A stretch of 29,171 bases of DNA from Myxococcota bacterium (GCA_040752415.1 JBFMGU010000132.1:1-29171), one strand, 5' to 3'; positions 17,301-24,753 are shown, counted from the first letter of the stretch. Notes: generated by a model not told the origin, from the sequence alone. Translations and numbers: made by a program.

Positions 17301-19067
17301 GATGCCGTCACCGTCGGTGTCCTGGTTGAAGGGGTCGGTGCCGAGGATCAGCTCGTCGCTGTTGAGGATGGTGTCGTCGTCGCGGTCGGGGTCGCCGTCG
17401 TTGGGATTGTCGTCGCGCTGGTCGCTCACGCCGTCGCCATCCACGTCCAGGATGTCGGACTCCACGGCGTCAATGAGCCCGTCCCCGTCGAAGTCCAGCG
17501 GATTGCCCAGGTCCGGACCCACTTCCACGTCGTCGTCGATCCCGTCCCCGTCGGAATCCCGCTGTGACGGATCCGTGCCCAACGTCTGCTCGTCGCCGTT
17601 GCTCAGGCCGTCGCTGTCGGCGTCGCCGCACGGACCGTCGGAGGCGTTGGCGTCCTGCTGATTGGACAGGTTGTCGCAGTCCCCGTCCTGGGCGGAGGAC
17701 TCCAGCGCGTCGATGAGTCCGTCGCCGTCGGCATCCAGGGGAAGGGCCGGGTCGGGGCCCACCTCGGCGCCGTCGGCCACGGTGTCTCCGTCGGAGTCGG
17801 GGTTGTTGGGGTTGGTGCCAAGCGCCTGTTCCTCGCTGTTGGTCAGCCCGTCGTTGTCCAGGTCTCCCGCCGGGCCGTCGCGGTCATTGCCGTCCTGCTG
17901 GTCCGTGGTGCCGTCGCCGTCGCTGTCCAGCACGTTGGATTCCACGGCGTCGGGGGTGCCGTCGTTGTCGGAGTCCAGCGGCTGGGTCGGGTCGCCGCCC
18001 ACTTCCGCGCCGTCGGACAGACCGTCCCCGTCGGAGTCCGTGCTGCCGGGGTTGGTGCCCAGCGTGGCTTCCTGCTCGTTGGTGAGCCCGTCGCCGTCGG
18101 AGTCACCGCAGGGACCGTCGGAGGCATTGGCGTCCTGCTGGTTGGTGAGACCGTCGCAGTCCCCGTCCTGGGTGGAGGACTCCAGCGCGTCGATGATGCC
18201 GTCGCCGTCGGAATCCAGCGGGCTCTGCAGGTTGCCGCCCACCTCCGCCAGGTCACCGGTTCCGTCGCCATCCGTGTCTGCTTGCGCGGCGTTGGTGCCC
18301 AGGCCGGCCTCCTGGGTGTCGGTGAGCCCGTCGCTGTCGGTGTCGGTGGCGGTGGGAGGCTGCGCGCCCAGTGCGCCGTCCAGCGTGGGGGCGGTGCCGC
18401 TGTTTCCGTCGTGGTTGAAGATGTCCTTGCTGAGCGTGTGCGCGTTGGCGGAGGTGCCGAACACAAAACGCACCGGCGTGTTGGCGGTCAGCCCCGCGGC
18501 GTACAGCGGCGCCAGCGGGACGAAGAAGTCCACGAAGTAGTCCGCGTTGCCGCCAAAGTTCGACGGAGAGCCTGCGAGATCACACCGCACCGTGCGCGCG
18601 TTGGTGGAGCCGGGGTACGAGCCCAACGCCGTCTCCGCGGGATCATTGGGGCTGCCGTTGTTGGCGGGCGCCGTGTTCTGGTCCAGCTGCACCTCGGAAG
18701 GCGACAGCTTGCCGTTGAGCATGGCGATGTACTGGTAGCTGGTGGCCGGTGTGACGGTGACCAGCTCCACGCCCCACCCGAAGGGCGCGAAGTCGGAGCC
18801 GTTGTTGGCCAGCGGCGATCCGTTCACCCGCATCCGGAAGTACAGGTACGTGCCGTCGTTGTACGAGTACGCGACGGGGAAGTCCGCGCTGCCGACGAGG
18901 TCGATGCCGGTGTTGCCGCCGGTGGTGTCCCCGGTGTTGTCCACGGCGTAGACGCCGCCGTTGTAGACGGGGACCCAGGTGGCGTCGGCGGGGAAGGCCT
19001 GCGCGAGAGCAACGCGTGGCACGACGAGGAGTAACAGTCCGGCGAGGGCGGAGAGGAGGTAGCGCAC
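14337..19067 (-). CDS. Cell-surface Ca-binding repeat protein (about 1576 aa): N-terminal globular domain, 15 TSP type-3-like repeats, DAG linker, MYXO-CTERM-type sorting signal
   Basis: Start moved from 19205 to GTG 19067, which gives a clean signal peptide MRYLLSALAGLLLLVVPRVALA-Q with GGAGGGG upstream. 15 'IDAxES' units. C-terminus GCTCA...PWLSLALLVLW followed by an Arg-rich tail. Confidence 0.85.
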   Translation of the reverse strand: MRYLLSALAGLLLLVVPRVALAQAFPADATWVPVYNGGVYAVDNTGDTTGGNTGIDLVGSADFPVAYSYNDGTYLYFRMRVNGSPLANNGSDFAPFGWGVELVTVTPATSYQYIAMLNGKLSPSEVQLDQNTAPANNGSPNDPAETALGSYPGSTNARTVRCDLAGSPSNFGGNADYFVDFFVPLAPLYAAGLTANTPVRFVFGTSANAHTLSKDIFNHDGNSGTAPTLDGALGAQPPTATDTDSDGLTDTQEAGLGTNAAQADTDGDGTGDLAEVGGNLQSPLDSDGDGIIDALESSTQDGDCDGLTNQQDANASDGPCGDSDGDGLTNEQEATLGTNPGSTDSDGDGLSDGAEVGGDPTQPLDSDNDGTPDAVESNVLDSDGDGTTDQQDGNDRDGPAGDLDNDGLTNSEEQALGTNPNNPDSDGDTVADGAEVGPDPALPLDADGDGLIDALESSAQDGDCDNLSNQQDANASDGPCGDADSDGLSNGDEQTLGTDPSQRDSDGDGIDDDVEVGPDLGNPLDFDGDGLIDAVESDILDVDGDGVSDQRDDNPNDGDPDRDDDTILNSDELILGTDPFNQDTDGDGIRDDVEVGADILNPTDSDGDGTIDARESNILDVDGDTITDHLDPNPLDGPLADPDNDGLDNATETTLGTRTDSSDSDGDGLLDGAEVDNPANPTDTDGDGIIDALESATQDVDGDGDPDQFDADATDGPLADPDNDGLSNETEAALNTAPRSNDSDQDGVLDGVEVGADPLDPTDTDGDGIIDARESSVLDVDGDNVNDQFDADANDGPLADPDNDGLDNATEATLGTNANLDDSDGDGVTDAVEVGDQDVPLDGDGDGTIDALESSLSDVDGDSIDDQADPDHDDGPLADPDQDYLDNASEFLAGTVANNPDSDGDGILDGVEVVDPLAPADADNDGINDALDSNSADVDGDNVVDQLDPDPRDGPQGDADGDGASNATEQTWNLDPTVDDTDGDGALDGAELGANPNNPADTDGDGLIDARESSVTDVDGDGLADQFDANPTDGPLADPDNDGLTNAQEQQLGTNAGSNDTDGDGVPDNVEVGDPGAPTDSDGDGTIDARESATADSDGDGTSNQSDPNAQDGPLADPDEDGLSNAQEQSLGTNPLSSDSDGDGAEDLVEVGSPTSPADADSDGKIDATESSVGDADGDGLVDQLDPVDDDGPLGDPDGDTLTNAQEDALGTDPDNEDTDGDGITDDDEVGDVNAPNDSDGDGINDAVESSTNDADGDNTPDQQDFDDAGPNGDLDDDGLTNGEEQQLGTNPDARDSDGDGTDDATEVGSPDNPTDTDGDGRNDAVESSTADVDGDGTSDQEDPNPDDGPAADPDDDGLTNAQEATLQTDPTNRDTDGDGIGDGQEVGDVESPTDTDGDGEIDAVESNTDDSDNDTIPDQQDPVDNSPDGGVGEPDAGMVEADAGTVEVDAGVDTDAGAAADAGVIVDGDAGTEADAAVETPDAHVDEPDAATPPDAGAGDSGGNNATQRDGGGTGLLTDAGVQDNQQPPPEDGTTNPGCTCAETSTTPLAPWLSLALLVLWRGHSHRRRSRARSA
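14790..18345 (-). repeat. 15 tandem intragenic repeats of about 237-240 nt (79-80 aa), each with several DxDGDG loops
   Basis: The unit DxDxDGLxNxxExxLGTxPxxxDSDGDGxxDxxEV...DxDGDGxIDAxES...DxDGD...QxD...DGP recurs at about 240-nt spacing. Confidence 0.85.
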
Positions 19068-19268
19068 GGCCAGATGGTAGCCCCTCCCGTCGGGAAGTAC
19101 GAGAATTGGCCGATGCCACATCGACCACCGTGTCGCATGAGGTGGGTGAGGTGACGTCGTTGTTCTCACATGCGCAGGTTCCAGCGCGAGCAGGAGCAGG
19201 GGCATTCCCGCGTGGTGTGAGGTGGGTCCACGACTCCAGGTGCAGCGCCATCCGGAAGTCCGTCGGCT

Positions 19269-20021
19269 TCAGAGGCCCTCGAATTCACCTCGGATGATCT
19301 TCTCCGCGCGCGCCACCTCCGCGTCATTGCGCCACCGACGGTAGGCCGCGCCAAGCAACGCCAGCAGCCCCACGAACAGGGAACCAGCGAACGCGATGGC
19401 CGTGCCACGTCTTCCCGCCTGTGATGACAACGTGCCGCTCAATCCGTGTCTGGCCAGCACGTCGTCGACACGCAGGTAGAGGGGCTGGTGCGTGAAGCGT
19501 GCGCGACGGTTTCCGAGCAGCGCATCCGCGTGGTGGCGTTCCGACCGGTCCAGCGCCACCGACGCGTAGGAGCCGATCTTCCGCTCGATGCCGAGCTCGG
19601 GGTCGGGTGTGAAGACCAGGCCCGCGGTCCCGTCGATGACCACCCGTTGCACGGCGGGCGTCGCCAGGAGGGGGGGATGGAGTCGCAGGTGGCCCTCTCC
19701 GTCGGGAATGCGCTCCTGGCTGCGCAACACCAGCTGCACGTAGCCCCGCGGATGAGACACCCATGCACGCGGAAGCGTGGATATCCCCACGACGTCGCCA
19801 AGGCCATTGTGGACCAGGGTCACGTCTGGCTGCGCCACCAGGGTGACGTTGGTGGGAAGAGGTTGGTGCAGCGCCAGCGTCCGCGGAACACCCCGTGGAT
19901 CGACGACGATCCGCGTCTCCCAGTGCAACACATCCTGCTGGCGGGTGGCGGTGTGGCCCACCACCTGGATTCCGTCGGTGGCCGCGGCCAGCAGTCCCAC
20001 GACGAGCAATGCGCCATTCAT
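19269..20021 (-). CDS. Hypothetical exported protein with C-terminal transmembrane anchor and short charged tail
   Basis: RBS GAGGTG, 8 nt after the upstream stop. Hydrophobic N-terminus (ALLVVGLLAAA). TM AIAFAGSLFVGLLALLGAAY followed by RRWR. Confidence 0.7.
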   Translation of the reverse strand: MNGALLVVGLLAAATDGIQVVGHTATRQQDVLHWETRIVVDPRGVPRTLALHQPLPTNVTLVAQPDVTLVHNGLGDVVGISTLPRAWVSHPRGYVQLVLRSQERIPDGEGHLRLHPPLLATPAVQRVVIDGTAGLVFTPDPELGIERKIGSYASVALDRSERHHADALLGNRRARFTHQPLYLRVDDVLARHGLSGTLSSQAGRRGTAIAFAGSLFVGLLALLGAAYRRWRNDAEVARAEKIIRGEFEGL

Positions 20022-20029
20022 GGTTCACC

Positions 20030-20647
20030 TCAGTGTCCCACCACGCGGTCAATGCCGCCGTCAAAGACGGTCAGCTCCGGGAGGATGGGTGCGAAGAGCG
20101 CAATGAGCTGCAACAGCGTGGCGAGCTGCATGCCCAGGAACACCGCCACCGTGAAGAGGACGGTGGAGCGGCTGACGTCGCGGGGGACGCTGCGCAGGAT
20201 GTTGCGGATGAACACGAACGTGGCGACGGAGATGCTGGCGAACACGCTGCCCATGGCGAGCATGGGTCCCGCCCACGTGCTCGAGTGGTAGTACAGCGCC
20301 ACCAGCGGAGACAGCACGGCGAGGACGAGGCCCGCGCTGAACACGCCGGTGGTGAAGGACGCCAGCACGTCGGTGCCGCGGATCTTCGCGCCGGAGAGCT
20401 TCCAGGCGAGCATGCCCGCGGGCACTGCCGCCATCGATGAGAGCAGAAGGACCAGCGGCACCTTCACCAGGTTGCCCAGCGCCAACGCCAGCGAGCTGCT
20501 GCCCGCCGCCAGGCCCCACACCGCGGACAGGATGAGCGCGAGCAGCATGCCGGCCACCACGAGCTGCAGTCGGCGCGCGCGGCTGTCGTCGACGGTGGGG
20601 AGGGGTTGTCCACAAGCGAGATTGAGCAGCGACACCATCGGGTTCAT
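20030..20647 (-). CDS. Integral membrane protein (205 aa, about 5 TM), YIP1-like
   Basis: Start moved to ATG 20647 (strong RBS AGGAGG). Five hydrophobic segments. The 'WGLAAG...LVKVPLVLL...P' pattern resembles uncharacterised bacterial YIP1-like proteins (from recall, not searched). Confidence 0.72.
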   Translation of the reverse strand: MNPMVSLLNLACGQPLPTVDDSRARRLQLVVAGMLLALILSAVWGLAAGSSSLALALGNLVKVPLVLLLSSMAAVPAGMLAWKLSGAKIRGTDVLASFTTGVFSAGLVLAVLSPLVALYYHSSTWAGPMLAMGSVFASISVATFVFIRNILRSVPRDVSRSTVLFTVAVFLGMQLATLLQLIALFAPILPELTVFDGGIDRVVGH

Positions 20648-20695
20648 CGGTTCCTCCTGTGGTCTGCGCCACGGGAAGCAGCATGGCCCCGTCAT

Positions 20696-20755
20696 GTGGA
20701 ACGGCTGATGAACGCGCGTGAAATGAAGAGGGATTGTCTGTGAAAACGGCGTGAA
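20696..20755 (-). promoter_or_regulatory. cre-tag-like response-regulator binding array (TTCAC-N6-TTCAC plus phased half-sites)
   Basis: Minus strand TTCAC-GCCGTT-TTCAC at 20755-20740. Further TTCAC at 20722-20718 (22 bp on), TTCAT at 20712-20708 and TCCAC at 20700-20696. Intergenic and locally AT-richer. Confidence 0.72.
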
Positions 20756-21763
20756 TCACCCGGCGGGGAGCACCACCTGGAACGTGGCACCCTGACCCGG
20801 GGGCGACTCCACGTCGACACGGCCGCCGTGCGCTTCCACAATCGCCTTCACCAGCGCCAGGCCCAGTCCGCTGCCCCGTCCGCTGCTGCGCGTGGTGAAG
20901 AAGCGCTCAAAAATGCGTGACAGGTTCTCGACGGGAATTCCCGGCCCGCTGTCGGACACGCGCAGGATCATGCTCTGCCCGTTGCGACAGAGCGCCACGC
21001 GCACCCAACCCGCTTCCCCCGCGTAGGAGACGGCGTTGTCGACGAGGTTGCGGATGACCGACTCCAAGCGCACCGGCACGCCGGAGACCAGGAGGGGACC
21101 CGGCGCGTCGAGCTCAAAGCGGACGGCGGCGTGTCGCGCGCGCGCACCCTCGAGGATTCCGCCCGCGAGCGCCGTCAGGTCGACGGGCGAACGGGCCTCA
21201 TTGGGCATCCCCGCCTCCGCACGCGCGAGCTCCAGGAACTGGGTGATGATGACGTCAAGGCGGCGGCTGCTGTCGTCAATGATCCCGGCGAGCCTGGCCG
21301 CCCGCTCCGCGTCCACCGCCCCCTGCCCCAGCGACTCCGCGCACGCGCGAATGGCCGCCACCGGGTTTTTCATCTCGTGCGCCAGGTCCGCCACGAACGC
21401 TTCATTCTGCTTCTGTCTCTCCTGCAACGCGGCCAGCAGCGCGTTGAGCGCGTTGGCCAGGTCGCCGAACTCGTCGTCACGGGCGAGGCGGAGGTTGGGA
21501 TGCGCCACGGGCCGGGGTGCCTGCTCCAGGGCCTGCGCGCGCAGCGCCTCAAGGGGTCGGATCACCCGCCATGCCAGCCACGACGCCAGCAGCAGCGCCA
21601 CCGGCAACACCACCGCCGCTTGTCGCAACACCAGGGCCCGGTCCTCCTCGACACGCGCGGCGATGAGCAACGGAATGCACGCGGCAAAGAGGACGGTGAG
21701 GAACAGGCGCAGCCGCATGGAGCGGGGCCGCAGCACGCGCAGGATGCCGTCGAGCTGCTTCAT
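20756..21763 (-). CDS. Two-component sensor histidine kinase (TM-TM-HAMP-HisKA-HATPase), CreC/ChvG-like, with minimal periplasmic loop
   Basis: H-box FVADLAHEMKNPV, N-box NLVDNA, G1 DSGPGI, F-box IFERFF, G2 GSGLGL, and HAMP (RPLEAL...DDEFGDLANALN). ATGA overlap with the regulator stop. Confidence 0.93.
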   Translation of the reverse strand: MKQLDGILRVLRPRSMRLRLFLTVLFAACIPLLIAARVEEDRALVLRQAAVVLPVALLLASWLAWRVIRPLEALRAQALEQAPRPVAHPNLRLARDDEFGDLANALNALLAALQERQKQNEAFVADLAHEMKNPVAAIRACAESLGQGAVDAERAARLAGIIDDSSRRLDVIITQFLELARAEAGMPNEARSPVDLTALAGGILEGARARHAAVRFELDAPGPLLVSGVPVRLESVIRNLVDNAVSYAGEAGWVRVALCRNGQSMILRVSDSGPGIPVENLSRIFERFFTTRSSGRGSGLGLALVKAIVEAHGGRVDVESPPGQGATFQVVLPAG

Positions 21764-22452
21764 GCGCCCTTCCAGCGGTACCCGGCCCCCACCACGGTCT
21801 CGATGGCGTCGAACGCGGGGTCCACCGTCTCGAGCTTGCGCCGCAGCCGGCGCACGTAGGTGTCAATGATGCGCTCCGCCACGACGGAATCATCCCCGCG
21901 AATGAGCTCCATCAACCGCTCCCGGGAGAGCACCATGCCCGGGCGTCGCGCCAGCGCTTCCAGCAGGCGGAACTCCGTCACGGTGACGACGACGGGCTGA
22001 CCGTTGAAGTGCACCTCCAGCCGCTCGGGGCGCAGGGTGAGCCCGCCTTCCTCGACGGCCGGTTTCTCGTCGGTGTTCGCGAGGCGGAGCGCGTCCCTCC
22101 GGAGCAACGCGCCCACCCGGGCCAGGAGGACGCGCGTGCTGAATGGCTTGGCCACATAGTCATCCGCCCCCAGCTCCAGCCCGAGCGCCTCGTCGATCTC
22201 GTTGTCCCGCGAGGTCAGCAGGATGACCGGGAGGCGTTGGCCCTGCTCACGCAGCTTGCGGGTCAGCGCAAACCCGTCGAGTCGGGGCATGTTGATGTCG
22301 CTGATGATGAGCTCCGGCCGGGCCTGGGTCACCGCGGTCAGGCCCTCGGCACCGTCGCGCGCCGTGCTCACCTGGTGGCCGGCATCCTCGAGCGCTAGCG
22401 ACAACACGTTGAGCAGCGCGGTGTCATCGTCAATGAGCAGGACGCGGGCCAT
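21760..22452 (-). CDS. OmpR/PhoB-family response regulator, ChvI/CreB-like
   Basis: LLIDDD, phospho-acceptor SDINMP, LLTS, GADDYVAKPF. Winged helix with TVTEFRLLEALARRPG and IDTYVRRLRRK...FDAIETVVGAGYR, which closely resembles ChvI. Confidence 0.93.
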   Translation of the reverse strand: MARVLLIDDDTALLNVLSLALEDAGHQVSTARDGAEGLTAVTQARPELIISDINMPRLDGFALTRKLREQGQRLPVILLTSRDNEIDEALGLELGADDYVAKPFSTRVLLARVGALLRRDALRLANTDEKPAVEEGGLTLRPERLEVHFNGQPVVVTVTEFRLLEALARRPGMVLSRERLMELIRGDDSVVAERIIDTYVRRLRRKLETVDPAFDAIETVVGAGYRWKGA

Positions 22453-22500
22453 GGGCGCATCCTCACACAGGCCGGGAGGTGCGGTCGACGTCGCTGGTGG

Positions 22501-24753
22501 TCAGGTCGCGGCGTTGCCACCCTTGCGACGGGTGGGCTTGGCGGCGAGGTACTGGTTGGGCCAGTGCTGCTCGTCGTAGCCGTACTGCGCGGCGGCGTGC
22601 AGGGTCAGGTACGGGTTCGCCAGGTGGGCGCGCGCCAGCACGCAGAGGTCCGCGCGGCCCGCCGCCACGATGGTGTTGCACTGGTCCGCGTCCTGGATGT
22701 TGCCCACCGTCATCGTCGGGACGCCGGCCTCGTGACGGATCTGGTCGCTGAGGTGGACCTGGAACATGCGGCCGTAGATGGGACGCTGCTCCGGGACCAC
22801 GCCACCCGCGGAGCAATCGATGATGTCGCAACCGTGCGCGTGCAGCGTGCGGGCAATCTCGATGCGATCCTCGTCGGAGAAGCCGCCTTCCGCCCACTCC
22901 GTGGCGCTGATGCGCGCGGAGATGGGTTTGTCCGTGGGCCACGCGGCGCGCACCGCGTCGAGCACTTCCGTGGGGAACCGCAGCCGGGCCCTCAGGCTGC
23001 CACCGTAGGCATCCGTGCGACGGTTGGTGAGCGGCGAGAGGAACGTGTTGAGCAGGTAGCCGTGCGCCAGGTGCAGCTCCAACATGTCAAAGCCGGCCTG
23101 CTGAGCCAGCTGCGCCGAGCGCACGAAGTCCGCGATGACCTTGTCCAGGTCGGCGCGGTCCATCTCCCTGGGCACCGGGCTCTCGTCGTCGTAGGGCACG
23201 GGGGAGGGCGCCAGCACCGGCCACGCTCCCACGGTGAGCGGCGCGCCGTCCTTCTCCCACGGCACGTGACAGGAAGCCTTCCGTCCCGCGTGGCCCAGCT
23301 GCAGCGCCATGCGCGCCCGGGAGTGCGTGTGCACGAAGTCGACGACACGCTTCCACGCTGTCACGTGCTCCGGCGCGTACATGCCCGCGCAGCCCGGCGT
23401 GATGCGTCCCTCCGCGCTCACCGCGGTGGCTTCTGCAATCACCAACCCCGCGCCACCCACCGCGCGACTGCCCAGGTGCACCAGGTGCCAATCATTCACC
23501 GTCCCATCGACGGCGGAGTACTGGCACATGGGACTGACCACCATGCGGTTCGGCAGCTCCAGGCCGCGCAGGCGGTAGGGCATGAAGATGGGCGGGACCG
23601 GCTCCCCGCGCGAGGTGCGGCCCGCGGCCACTTCCCGTGTCACCTTCCCCACCAGCTCCGGGTCGCGACGGGCCAGGTTGTCGTAGGTGATGCGCTTGCT
23701 GCGCGTCATGAGGTTGAAGGTGAACTGCAGCGGGCTCTGGCGTGTGTAGCGCGCGGTGTTCTCGAACCACTCCAGCGAGGTCTGCGCGGCCTTCTGCAGG
23801 CGGTCCACCTCGGGCTGGCGCTCCTGCTGGTAGGCGGCCAGCGTGCGGGGAATATCGCTGGTGCCGTGGCGGAGGAACGCGTCGCGCAGCGCAATGGCGT
23901 CCTCCATGGCCAGCTTGGTGCCGCTGCCAATGGAGAAGTGCGCGGTGTGCGCGGCGTCGCCCATCAGCACCATGTTGCGGTGATGCCAGCGCGCGTTGCG
24001 CACCGTGGGGAAGGTCCGCCAGATGGAGCGGTTGGAGAGCAGCCGGTGCCCGCCCAGGTCGGAGGCGAACAGGCGCTCCATGTAGGCCACGGTCTGCTCG
24101 TCGGTGGCGTGCTCCAGCCCGGCGCGCTTCCACGTCTCCTCGCGACACTCGACGATGAACGTGCTGCGCTCGCGGTCGAAGGGATAGGCGTGGACCTGGA
24201 ACAACCCGTGCTCGTTCTCCTTGAAGATGAACGTGAACGCGGGCAGGACCTTGTCGGTGCCCAGCCAGGTGAACTTGCACTTGCGCCAGTCCAGCTGGGG
24301 CTGGAAGTGCTCGGCGTGCTCGGTGCGCAGGCGGCTGTTGATGCCGTCGGCCACCAGGATGAGGTCCGCGGGCGGAAGCTCGGTCGACGACGTCACCTCA
24401 TGCTCGAACTGCAGCTCCACCCCCAGCTCCCGCGCGCGCGCCTGGAGGATCTGCAGCAGCTTGATGCGCGCCAGGCCGCAGAAGCCGTGGCCGGTGGAGC
24501 GGGTGCAGGTGCCGCCGTAGTGGACGTCAATGTCCTTCCAGTAGACGAAGTGACGACGGATCTCGCGCAGCGTCTCGGCGTCGTTCTCCTCGAAGTGGCC
24601 CAGGGTCTCGTCGGAGAAGACCACGCCCCAGCCAAAGGTGTCGTCGGGGCGGTTGCGCTCCAAGACGGTGATGTGATGGCTGGGGTCCAGCTTCTTCATC
24701 AGGATGCTGAAGTAGAGGCCGGCCGGGCCTCCGCCCACGCTGACAATCCTCAC
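22501..24753 (-). CDS. Bifunctional salicylyl-CoA 5-hydroxylase/oxidoreductase (anthraniloyl-CoA monooxygenase/reductase, AbmA-like)
   Basis: N-terminal GGGPAGLY, DTFGWGVVFSD and GDAAHTAHFSIGSGTKLAMEDA (FAD monooxygenase) fused to an old-yellow-enzyme domain (NRMVVSPMCQYSA, HLAHGYLL, NRRTDAYGGS). GTG start. Confidence 0.92.
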   Translation of the reverse strand: MRIVSVGGGPAGLYFSILMKKLDPSHHITVLERNRPDDTFGWGVVFSDETLGHFEENDAETLREIRRHFVYWKDIDVHYGGTCTRSTGHGFCGLARIKLLQILQARARELGVELQFEHEVTSSTELPPADLILVADGINSRLRTEHAEHFQPQLDWRKCKFTWLGTDKVLPAFTFIFKENEHGLFQVHAYPFDRERSTFIVECREETWKRAGLEHATDEQTVAYMERLFASDLGGHRLLSNRSIWRTFPTVRNARWHHRNMVLMGDAAHTAHFSIGSGTKLAMEDAIALRDAFLRHGTSDIPRTLAAYQQERQPEVDRLQKAAQTSLEWFENTARYTRQSPLQFTFNLMTRSKRITYDNLARRDPELVGKVTREVAAGRTSRGEPVPPIFMPYRLRGLELPNRMVVSPMCQYSAVDGTVNDWHLVHLGSRAVGGAGLVIAEATAVSAEGRITPGCAGMYAPEHVTAWKRVVDFVHTHSRARMALQLGHAGRKASCHVPWEKDGAPLTVGAWPVLAPSPVPYDDESPVPREMDRADLDKVIADFVRSAQLAQQAGFDMLELHLAHGYLLNTFLSPLTNRRTDAYGGSLRARLRFPTEVLDAVRAAWPTDKPISARISATEWAEGGFSDEDRIEIARTLHAHGCDIIDCSAGGVVPEQRPIYGRMFQVHLSDQIRHEAGVPTMTVGNIQDADQCNTIVAAGRADLCVLARAHLANPYLTLHAAAQYGYDEQHWPNQYLAAKPTRRKGGNAAT

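Noticed and set aside
14250..17567. 1105-aa plus-strand ORF, plus the 527-, 379- and 292-aa ORFs antisense to the repeat gene
   Set aside because: These are shadow ORFs produced by GC3 bias and repetitive Asp/Gly codons on the opposite strand. They have V/G/R- or S/P-rich composition and no motifs.
1812..18345. Possible CRISPR or other non-coding repeat array
   Set aside because: Both long periodic arrays are in-frame coding repeats with synonymous divergence. There are no identical repeats with unique spacers and no cas genes.
19068..19205. Upstream extension of the repeat protein as given by the ORF track
   Set aside because: The 46 extra residues would bury the signal peptide; GTG 19067 with an upstream GGAGG fits better.
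19138..19227. TGAGGTGGGT repeated 80 bp apart upstream of the repeat-protein gene
   Set aside because: Only two 10-bp copies with no supporting structure; compatible with chance.
20666..20679. 14-bp match GCGCCACGGGAAGC shared with 10600-10613 at the edge of the REP arm
   Set aside because: It lacks the REP palindrome, and 14-bp GC-rich matches are expected by chance in 29 kb of high-GC DNA.
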